A DNA stretch of 64,000 nt from the NCBI GenBank assembly GCA_964035545.1, contig OZ037771.1, positions 10,606,480 through 10,670,479 of the forward strand, read 5' to 3'. Shown piece by piece: positions 47,621 through 59,500 of this stretch. How positions within the stretch are numbered: position 1 is the stretch's first letter; each line of letters begins with the position of its first letter. This DNA comes from Bugula neritina. Lineage: Eukaryota; Animalia; Bryozoa. The position numbers and the translations under genes were made by a program. The notes beneath the pieces were generated by a model. The model was given only the letters and a program-made list of their open reading frames with translations. It was not told the origin of the DNA and searched no databases.

Positions 47621-49848
47621 TCAATTTTAATGATATAATTAACAAAATATAAATGAATTTGAATTGGAATTAACTTAAAGAAGCACAGGTTAGTTTTGTT
47701 TTTTTAGTATTTGTAATAGTTTGAAGCTTTCCTTAAGTATTTTTATCTATTTCAACTTAATAATAAATATTTGGTTTATTTAACATGTTTAGGAGTTTAA
47801 CAAGTTCGAAATGCCAGTGTGGTCAGTGCATGATAGAATTCATGGCTATGTGTTTACTTTATAATATATTTCTCATAAAATTACAAATTCTTAAGGCAGG
47901 CTCTCCAGTTATTGATCAGATTGTCACTGGATAGAACCTTAATTTGTAGCTTAAAGTTTTACTTTTACTCATAACAGTAATTCACTGCAACTACTAATTC
48001 AAGTCAACTTTAAATACAAGTTCAATCTTTGTTTATGTGATACATGCACTAATACTTGCCTTAACTGATAATTAATTAACTTTGTCTATGGCAGTTATCA
48101 TTTGTTGTGGTTTTTAATATGAACTTTAATATTTTTAGTAGACCTACAATGTCATTTCCTAGAGTCAAACTCACCCTAGCTAGCCACTAAAAGAAGGCAA
48201 GAGCTGATTAATCTAAAATCTGCATATATGTTTGAATACTTTAGAATGTCATAAATAATTTTCTGTTTGTTTTGTTTTAAAAACCTATTATAATTGTATA
48301 TATTAACCTACTTTTATAGTTTCTTACGGCAGTTGGAATAAGTAAAAATAAAGTTACTAACACCAACACCAGTACAACTCATCTATAGTTAGTGGCGACG
48401 CTAGAAGGTGAGTTAAGTAATGTTATGATATACACAACCAAGTACCAGTATTAAGGAAAGAAGATATCATGGTGTACACAGCAAGGGTTCACTCCACAGA
48501 AACCTTTCACTCTACCTGTAAACAGCCCACTGTTTAACTATTTCTTTCCAAGTTCTCTCTACTCCATATATTCAGAGTTTCATGATAATGTATACATATA
48601 TACTAGATTATATTAATTTCGATACAATAGGAGATGCACCCTTTTTTGTTTATTTGATTCACAAGTTTGATCAACTTTATTGGCTAGCAGACCTGCATAC
48701 ACAAGCACATAGCATACAAAAAGCAGTAATAAGTGAGTTCTCTGCTACTAAACATGCATAAATTTACTCTTTTCATCACCTCTATTGTATTTAAACTACA
48801 GCAGTTAAAATATAATTTTAAGTGCATATGCAGAGTAACGAAGAAGGAATTTTACAAGAATAACAATAAACAACTACTTTCATATTAAAATAAACAAGCT
48901 ATATTCTATGTTCAAACTCAAGCTATGACCTAATAAGCTGACAGACTCAATCTTACCTGTGCAAAGATGGTAAAGTGGTAACTTTGAAACAATTCTATAG
49001 ATAAGACAGCAAGGAAGTTACTGCATCAACAGAGATGGTGGCTGATCAGTTTTATACCGATTCAGTAGCAAAGGAAGATTTAGTTCATTAACTGTTTAGC
49101 AGTTTGTATTGGGTGTTGCTGGAGGTTACACTGTTAATCCTATAGTTTAAGGTATACGATTGGTTGATGTTAGCAGACGACAAACTCCGATGAATGTCTG
49201 GTTGATTAATACAACACTTGCTTTATAAATTCACACTTTATTTTTATAAACTTTAGAAATGTATCACACAATAAAAACATGCAGATAACCAAGTGTGAGG
49301 CACAAAACTATAGTTTTTTGTCCTTTTTATAGTATGAAAGGTTGTCTACCTGAGAGAGAAAGCAATCAGATTTTAAAGCAAAACTTCAAACAAAAGCATT
49401 GTAAACATAAACTACTGTATTCAGAGTCTACATAAAATATTCATACATTTATAAACCTTGTAAACAAAGAAAAATCAATTGGAAAACTTTTACAACAATT
49501 TTTTTCAGGAATATTCAAAGAGTTTCATCTCAGATAGATGCTTCCCAAGTTAGAAGCTATTTTTTATTTTGGGAAAATATTTTCTGATATAACTTTACTC
49601 TGCAAAGCAAATCACTAAAAGACTTGTCACTTTGCCAAATCTCTTTGTAGTATTATAGCATGTACTAAAGTTCTACAAAACACAAACAAGAGCTTCACAA
49701 AAATGTCATCATAAAATGAAATAACACAGGATGTGGAAACTGAAGCAAACCCAGAAAAGCGTCAAAAGTTAAATACATAATGGCAATGTAATGTTTAAAA
49801 ATATCTTATTGATATCCCACTATGCACTTGGATGTGCAGTTGATTGAT

Positions 49849-52800
49849 TCAAGCATGAAGGTTTGATATTTTTAGCCCGTGTTCTCTAAATATTTTTTCA
49901 GCCTCCTTAAACACTTCACTGTTCACAACTCCAGAGATACAGTAGGCAGAGATCGTCTAAAATAGTAGTTTATAATGACAAACTAATAACAGCTACAGTG
50001 CAAATGATTTGTTGTATAGAACACAAAAATGTTCCTATATGTAAGTCATGTTATAGTTCAGAATATTGTTTAAAACAGTTGATTGTTTTCCATGAGAGTA
50101 TTTAGTTCTCAAGCTCTGATTAGATATTTGCATGACTCAGCATGCATATACTAAACAGGGTAGAAGGTCACATGACTATGCATTTAATATTTAACCTCCT
50201 AGACACACTTTGCTGCACCGTAGGGTAACGTAAAATAGCAGCCATTTTTACAAATGTCCGAGCTTCCTGCACATCATTGCGGTACGTCAGGATCAAGCAC
50301 TGATTGATTCAAAAGTGTTGAGACGGGCTCCTATTGGACAAGAAGACGTTCGCGTCAGTTCATTGGATATAAATGTCCAATGAGATGTCATGGTTCGTAC
50401 CCAATAGCGCACTTTGGGAACGTCAGTCTGGACACACTATAAATGGCTGACATTTTATGTTACGGCCTACGGTGCGGTAAAGTGTGTCTAGGGGATTAGT
50501 CGTAGAAATCATATGACTCACTATAAAATATGTAGGTAACAGAGGCTATTTAAGCAACTACTGGATATAAAATTTTCATGTTACTCTGTATTTTGGTATT
50601 TTAAATATAGTCCCAAAAAATACTTGTATCTAATGTGGTCTGAATTAAATATATTCCTTAAGTAGTTTGACTAAAATTATAATTTGGGAAGACAAATCTA
50701 TAAGAAATGCTCACACACAGATGAGGAAACATCTATAATTAAACTATATTAAAGCTGTTTTATTTCTTACTTCCTTGATAAGTACTTCAAACACTAATTA
50801 TTATCTAGATAAAATATAGGAGTACATGTCTCTTAACAGTGTCAAGTTGTTGAATATTAGCAGTGTGTGTATAATGTGTATCACTAAATTATTTTATATG
50901 TGCTATAATGAAGCATGTGCATGCTAAAAGGTATAATATTGAATAACCTGATGAAGAATTTGAGTGTAAAATAAAGATCTATCAAGAGATAATAAAATGG
51001 TTATAATGTAAACATGTTTTTAGTAATAAAACCTATGAAAAATGTTGTTTAAAGCTGTGATAGGACAAGATAACATAACCTCGAGTTAAGTACAGAAGTA
51101 ACATATGCCATTAGTTGTTAAATGAAGGTAACTATTAGAAGATATGTGTAAGCAAATTATTAAACTATGTTGTAGAAAAACAGAAAGCCGGACCTGATCC
51201 ATAAAGTCACTGAGAAATACCAAAGAGTTGTCTCCCAAAGGTTGCAAGTTGTTGGGTTCTCCCTTCATGTAGAATCTGAATAGCAAGTATGAAATTATGT
51301 TTCAAAATAAATACGTATAATTTGTATATAAGAAAGCTCTCCATAATCCATGATGAAACATATGTTAACAATATAAAAATTGTGCTCTTTGTGTGAGTAA
51401 TCATTTTGTTATCCAAAGAAAGGCAAAAAGCAGTTTATAAACATAATGTAAGTGATCGATCAGAGGTGCATGAAACACAGACATATTCCGGTTCTTCAAA
51501 AATATACGGTTGTAATCTTTTTATTGCCTATGGAAAGACATTTGTTATTATGTTTTTGTAGTCAATATTCTAATGAATTTTGAATTATCAAAATAACTCC
51601 TGTTTACAACAACTCTGCTAAGTGATATGAATGGGACAGAGCAACTTTCATCTGCCCTTTTTACCAATTTAAAAACAGATAATGGCTGGTGTCTAATGAC
51701 CAGAGTATAATGTGTAATGTTGCTGCAGTAAAACACCTTATTAACACATGGATTCCCTACACTATACATGCATATGGCTGCTTAGGAATATGAAATATCT
51801 TCAAATTATATAGAATTTTCTTGATATAGTTAAAAATCAAAATTTTGCACTGGTCCAAGAATTGAAAAAAAACTTTTTTGCAAAGTAACTAAGAACTGCA
51901 GTAACCTCAAAGGAATCTATTGAAAATGTATATTTAAGAGCTAAAATGCTTTAAATTCATGCTATATTTATGGGTTGTATTCTATACTCAGCAAAATTAT
52001 AACCAGATAGATAATAGATGGCAAGCATGCAAGCTTACTTGATGAAGCTTAATGGATTTTGATTGTTCTTGCCAAAGTCCCGTTGGCGAAGCACAACTTT
52101 GAACTTGTTGTTGGATAAACGAGCTTCTAGCCCATCTTCAAGAGTGCTGGTTGAAGGTTGAAGCTCACCAACTACAGCAAAAAGAGACACATTTTATGAA
52201 AAGATTATATATTTAAATAGGAGAGGGTGGGGCTATAGTTGAGCCACGGGGCTAGTTGAACCACATGCTCTAATTGTTCTCCTTTAAATCATTGCACTAT
52301 TTACCTCCTTTATATGTAAGAACTTTCTAAGTGAACTACCAGACATTTTGAAAAATATGGAATCAAAGCAGATGTTTTCAGGTGAGCGACTATTTTTCAC
52401 ATATTTTGTGTAAAAACTGAGCAAAGTTAAAATTCATTTTTCATAAAAATTGCATAACGTCTCAAATTTTAATAGCCCAGTCAAGTAAATTTAAGCATGC
52501 ATTGTCAAGATGATTTTAAAGCTGAGCAATGACCTAAAATTGCAGAGATATCTTATTCACAGCAGATATTGGTAACAATTTGTAGTGTGACAGTGTGAGA
52601 CTAGTTGAACCACATACGTAGTGGGGCGAGTTGAACCAGGTACAACTTGCTCCACTAATTATTTTCACTATGTTCATTGTCATAAATTCTGAGTGTACAT
52701 ATACCTATAGGGTTTTTCCCAATGATTATACAAGAATGTTCATAAATATTCTAGACTGATCAAAGAGATGGTCATTGTTATTGTTTTCATTAGTCATGTT

Positions 52801-53530
52801 AACTACTGCCCAACAATGTAAACAAGATGTTGCGCAATAATGAGAAATAACCATGGAAATTTCAATGTTTTGATTTGTTTTGATTTTCTATCTAAATAGT
52901 ATTGGCATGTGGGGAATGTTTTCTACTAGAATTTTTTGTACTGGAATGCTTGAGAATGTTCTTGAGTTTTTCTGCTTACTATAAATACTGAGGCAGTTGT
53001 GTTTACAAATCAGTTTATTTTCATAAGTTCATCTGTGCATATCTGCATATCTTACTGGAGAAATAAAGTCTACTTATATTCACAACTCTATTTACTCTCA
53101 ACTGGATTAGCAAGCTGTATACTACTTGTCTATAAACTTCTGACTACCAGACTTTTCGAACTCGTCACACTGCTAACATAGTTTTGTGACATTCATTATA
53201 ATTGGGCAAGCAAATTTTTGCATTAAAGTTTATCTTTTCCTAAATATCAATATTTCTGCTATCAATATATAACTGCAAGCATACATTTAGTCCTAGAACA
53301 AATGAAAATGGAGGTCAACAGTGTAATTAAACTATTCTGCAATTTTTTCTGAATGGCTCAAAATTACATATGGAAAACAAACAGGGGAACAGATAAGAAA
53401 AAGCTTAACTACAGCAATGAACATGGTAAAGCAAGGCAGTGGCATAAATCACCTGCCATTGTTGGGAGTCTCCACACGGCCCTCTAAAAATGTGGGTTAT
53501 GCTCAACCATACCATGTATTTTCTGATGTC

Positions 53531-53580
<50 letters not shown>

Positions 53581-56500
53581 ATGATTTTGCGGGTTTAATG
53601 AAATAGACTAAGTATAAGTCTGCATGCCAATACTTGTGATTGTTGAATAAAAGTCTTTGTAAAATGTTGATTCTAATAGTCTTTATTGATAGATATAGTA
53701 GTTTCCTCTGCGAGCTCCAGTGTTAGACTGATTTGATACTGGAGATGCTCGCCTTTATATACTGCAAAAAGTTCCGGCCATGATGGGGTCCGAAATTTGG
53801 CCAAATTCGGAGTTCCGGTTGCCGACTTCGGAAGAATCTGTCCGAAATCGGACACATTCTTCCGAAGTCGGACATACCCCTTCTGAAATCGCGCCCTGGG
53901 TTCCGACTTCGGCTGAACCTCAGCTCACATAGATTATTGCAGATTACTATAAAAAGAAGTGGCGGGGAAACATAACTCCAAAAACTATTACAGTAACTTA
54001 AAAACAAACAATAAAAATAGGAAGGCAATTCACAATTATTACGCTATTCACTACGCTAAGAGCTTAGCTATAATTACAACATTTAACAGTATTTACAAAG
54101 TTACGCCAAGTCCATTATAATAGTGACGCGATATAATTACTAGATCGTTAAAATCCATTACATTCTCCCCCCATCGAAAAGCATCTCCCTTTTCGATAAC
54201 AGAAAAACAATTTGGTCTTCGTCCGGGGTGTCGAATGCTGGTAGTTCGCAGTTGTTGGTCTCAGTCATCGGATTCGGCGTATCAGGCTCTCTATCTCCTT
54301 TGTGCATTGATCGAGGTGGCAGGAAAAGGCCTGGATTCTTCCGTCTAAGTCACTTCCCTGGGTGAGGTCAAGGTCGTCGGTAGGTCTAGGGCACCGTTGC
54401 CCACTTGGGTTAACACTAGGTGGGTGGCCGTCTACTACGTGTCTGGGCTGGTTTGCGAGTTGCTGTACCTGGAGTTGTCCTGCACTTTCAGGGCTACTCT
54501 GCATCCGAGGCTTGGAGTCTTTACCCGTACTGGGTAAACAGCTCGATGACTGGGGGCCAGTCAAATGCCCTACGTGATAATCAGCCAAGTACTTTGGGGG
54601 TCTTCTGTCTCTTCTGGCTCTCTCCAAAGTGTTGGAGACTGAGGTATCTGGCCGGTCTGGAGTGTTGTGTATGGGGGGTACTTCCTCCAGGATTCCTGGT
54701 GGTGTGACTGGTCCTGGGTTATCTGGCAGTGGTGGGGGGTCCTCTATCTGAGTGGGCCTGGTGGGTGAATCCGGGGTGGGAGGAATTGAGGGTGGGTTCT
54801 GTGGCTGATGTCTCAAGCTATTGTCGACTTCCTCGGGATCACGAATAAAAATGTCCCAGTCTCTGGGTCGATTCCTCCTTCCACGGGATATGGGTTGTTG
54901 TGCTGGTTCGAGCAATGGTGGTGCCTGTCCTGCGGCTTTCAGGCTACCGCAGTAGGGTTTTAACCGCTGCTCGTTTTGGACAGACATCTGTCCTGAGCGC
55001 TCCACACGATATGTATAGTTGGGTAAAACCTCTACCACGCAGTAGGGGCCGACGAATTTAGGCTGTAATTTAGCCGATTGTCCGCGCCGCCTATGGTAGC
55101 TGACCATCCACACCCAGTCCCCTTCTCGGTATAAGGGAGGCTCCTCAGAGTCCTCTGTCCGCACTGTCCACTGTTTCTCTCTCAATGCGTCATGGGCTTT
55201 CCTCATGGTCTCGACCAGCTTCCCCACATATTCATGTACGGAAATTCGGGAGTTGAAATATGGTAAGCAAGATGCTCTGGGACCCTAGTTTCATGGCCCA
55301 ACATCATCAGATTAGGTGTTTCTTGTGTACTGGAGTGAGGGGTACTTTGATAGGCTCGCATAATTCGTGGTAACATGATGTCCCACTCTTCTTGGCTCCT
55401 CCCCAACAAGAGACTCCGGAGGGCATCACCCAGCATCCGATTATTCCTTTCTACCACTCCGTTTCCTTGAGGGGGGTACGGGATGGTCCGGCTCTGATTC
55501 ACCCCCATACTTGGCAAAGGTCCTTCAATAGTTGTGATTGAAATTGGGCGCCCTGGTCAGTGTGGATCTGTTCTGGTAGGCCGAAATAACAGAACACGTG
55601 TTGGTCCAGGATCGGAGCTACTGTGGGTGCCGATGCATCGGGGATAGCCAGGGCGTCTGCCCACCGCGTGAAATGGTCTGTTAACACCAAAATTCAGAAA
55701 TTCCCCCTGTCTGTTGTGGGCATCGGTCCCACAAGGTCCACGGCTACGACCTGCCAGGGCCGGCCGGCGTATAGCCGGCGCCGACCCGTGGTTTCGGTGG
55801 GGCGCCCGTGTTTGCTGGCCTGACAGACTTCACATTGCCGAATTCTCAGTCGCACATCCCTGGTCATTCCGGGCCAATACCATCGCATCTGTAGGCATCT
55901 GATGACCCGACTGGCTCCAGCATGGGCCTGTTTGTGGGTATCCCAGATGATTTCCCGACAAAGAGCGTGTGGGCATACGACGCGATCCCTCTCCTGTTGT
56001 CAGTTGTTCGCTGCGAGTGTCATCGTCAGGAGACCGTCTAAACGAATCTGGAGAGAATTCCAGCGGTGGCAAAAGAACTGGAACTCAACGTTCCCTTGTC
56101 GTTGCTGTTCTTCTGAGGGCCGTCGGCCTTCTTTCTTGGCCCAGAAGATGTCAGCTACCGTTCCAGGGAGCGTCTCCTGCAGCCGACACAGCTCCTTGAC
56201 GTTTTGGTACAGCATGGGGTTAGCACGAAGTGCCTGGACGTCGTCTGAGTGGGTTTCAGGCCGGAGATGGCCGTGCTCCAAACGATAGACGTTGCCGCCC
56301 CCCAACTGTGCCTCGACGTCAAGGCGAGCAGGTCCCCCATCACATTTCTCGATGTGCAGGCATTGCTTGCAGTTCTCTACCGGTCGGTGACTCATGCCAT
56401 GAGCGTTCCCGTGCTTCTTGCCGGCACGGTGCTCTATTCGGTAGAAGAACTCAGCAAGAATCTCTAGCCAATGAGCCACCTGGCTCGAGGGCTCTGCACG

Positions 56501-59500
56501 TTCACACAGCCATATCAGTGATGCATGGTCTGTTCGCAACCGGAACGTTCTCCCTTACAGATATGGCCGAAAGTGTTTGACCGCCTTGACTACTGCTAGG
56601 AGTTCCTTCCTAGTGGTGCAGTAGTTCTTCTCGGCGGCCGCGAGAGTCTTGCTGTAGTAAGCCACGACTACCTCACTTCCACCCTGGACTTGAGACAGAA
56701 CAGCTCCCACACTGTGGTCGCTGGCGTCGGTGTCAAGGATGTATTCCTTGGCTGGATCAGGATACGCCAGAATCGGCGCTTCCATTAGCCGTTGTTTGAG
56801 GTGATCGAGTGCCTGCTGCTCCTCCTGTGTCCACTGCCACCGGACCCCCTTTGCGGTTAGTCGATTCAAGGGCTGAGCCACCCCTGCAAACCCGGGTACA
56901 TACTGCCTGTAGTACCCTACCAGGCCCAGAAATGCGCGCAATTCAGAGAGGTCCCAGGGACGGCCCACTCCTTTACAGCCTGTACCTTCTCTGGATTGGT
57001 AGCGACCCCGTTGCGGCCAACCACATGGCCCAGGTACGTGACTTCTTGCTGTAGGAGTGCACACTTGGAGGGCTTCAACTTCAGTCCAGCAGGCCGGAGG
57101 CGGTCAAAGACCTCCCGCAGATGACTGACAAGCGTCGTAAAATCTGGGGAGATGACAATGACGTCATCCAGATAGATGAGGAGGGTCTTCCGGTGTAGAC
57201 CACTGAGGACCTGCTCCATGAGTCGTTGGAAGGTTGCCGGGGCGGACGTAAGTCCGAACGCCAGTACTTTCCATTTCCAGAGCCCATCGCGAGTAATGAA
57301 TGCTGCCTTGTCCTGAGCATCAGGACTGAGGCGTACTTGCCAGTACCCGCTAAGCAGATCCAGGGTACTGAAGTATTTGCTACCCGCGAGGGCATCCAGA
57401 GACTCATCTATCCGTGGGAAAGAGTAAGCGTCCTGGACGGTAACGCTGTTGAGTCTGCGGTAGTCCACACAGAACCTCCAGCTACCATCCTTCTTCTTGA
57501 CCAGGACTACTGGAGAGCTCCACGCACTGTGGGCAGGCTCAATCAGATCCCGGTCGAAAAGATCTTGCACCTGCCGGCTCACCTCCTTCTCCTTTTTCGG
57601 GCCTAGACGTCGGGTTAGCTGCCTGATGGGAGTGGTGCCAGCTGCCAGGGGTATCTCGTGGGAGATAACCTTAGTCAGCCCCATGTCTTCATCGCCACGA
57701 CTGAAGACATCGCTGTACTCCGCGAGTAGTTGAGCCAGTGCTTGGCGTTCAGTACTACTCGTACAGTTTCCACATGTTCCACTGTACAGGTCAGCCACGT
57801 GCTCCGGGACTGCTCCTCGGCGAGTGTGAGGGGGGTTTCCCTGGGTGTCGGTTACTGTTTCCAGTGCTGGACCCACATCCGCCTCTTGGATGGAGTGGTA
57901 CTTCCCCACCAGTGCACCAGCCGACAATCGGACCGATTCCGCAAAGGGGTTGATGCATTGTACGAGGAGCTCCCTCCGACAGTCCAGCCGATTTAGGCTG
58001 TTTGCCAGTCGAATTGCTCCGTGCGTTCCCTCCACCACCCCCAGTGCGGCGATCTTCTTGCAGTTAACCCTGCATCGGAGAGTAGCCTGGGATCTCCCTG
58101 GAATCGTGCAGTCCTGCACTACCTGGACTTCGCCCACCAAGGGCCTACCAAACTTGTCCACACAGGCAAGTTCCTTCCCAGCCATCACCACCGCCGACTT
58201 CTGGAAATCCATGTGACACTGGTGTTTCTCCAGAAAGGGCATTCCCAGAATGGCGTCTTCCTTCAGGTGGCTGACAATGAATGTCTCGTGAATTACTTGA
58301 TCACGGACTCGTCCAGGTAGTGTGATAATGCCGTAGAAGGGAATACACGATCCGTCCTCCAACGTACCGTGTGCTCCTTCGTATGGCTCGAGGCTCGCCC
58401 GCTCTCGGGCACCAAGGGTGTCAAAGAGACGCCGACTTAGCAAGTTTGTAGTGCACCCTGTGCCCAGTAGGTAGGTGGCAGCTTTACCCGAAATTTTTCC
58501 GGGCAGGAAGTAGCTGCTTCCGTATGGCTGGATGCTCCTGGGTCGGTCAGTCTCTGGGGGGGGGGGGACACCTCTTGAGTCCTTACAGTGGGCCTCCTCT
58601 TCGTCTTACAGACAACGGGGGTTTTCTGAGGCTGAGAGGGTAGCTTTGGATACTCTTGCGAGTAAGCTGAATCTTCCTCTACAGCCTCTTCGGGCAATCC
58701 CGCGAACCGGTTTTGGAGTGGCCAGGCCGGAGGATCGGGTAAACTTTGCGATTTTCGAGATCTCCGAGGTGCCTGCATCTTGAGGTTCCATCCGGATAGT
58801 AGGTGGCTGGGTTGAAGGGTCGGGCAGACCTTGTGGTCTCCGACGTCTCTGCTGCGCCTGCCACGCAGCATCGACGGGCCTGGAAGAGGCTCCTTAGGTC
58901 GTCTCTCCCCGAATGGGGTTGGCTTGGGGCCCACGGTTGGCGGAAATTACCATGAGCCTCGGGTGTTTAAAGACACCCTCCTCTCCTGGGGGCACTGTCT
59001 CCGGACATGTCCCCTGGCTCCGCATCCCCGACATGTGAGGTGTGAAGTACTGATTGGTTCGCCCCGAGGTTTGGGTGCCCGCCTATCAGTCTGCTCTTGT
59101 TACATTCGCTTCATGTCAGCCTGTAGGCCTTTTACCATGCCCATCAACATGATCATCTGGTCAGGTGACGGAGTAGCGGTAGCGGCTGCCACGGTCTGTG
59201 GGTTTGGCTGGTCCGGCTTCATGACCTCTGGTTGTTCTTCAACCTGACAGACAGTGAATTCCGCGCACTGAGGTTCATCCACTTGGTAGTAGGTCTTGCC
59301 TAAGGCCAGGGCTTCTTCTATGGTGGTGACCTTTGCTGCCAAGTAATAACGCTGTAAACCAGGGTTATTAATGGTGTGGAAGAAGGCCTCATACACAGCG
59401 CTTCTTTGTGCTTCGGGTGTGTCATTGCTATGGGCTACCTGTACTAGCGCCTCAATAGCATTGGCATGATCTTGGAGTGAGGTCCTCCTATCTCTGCGTA

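Noticed and set aside
54265-55227. env-like third ORF in the Gypsy element
   Set aside because: It is the frameshifted integrase C-terminus (KLQPKFVGPY, Pro-rich linker, RRPPKYLADY), with no signal peptide or TM segment.
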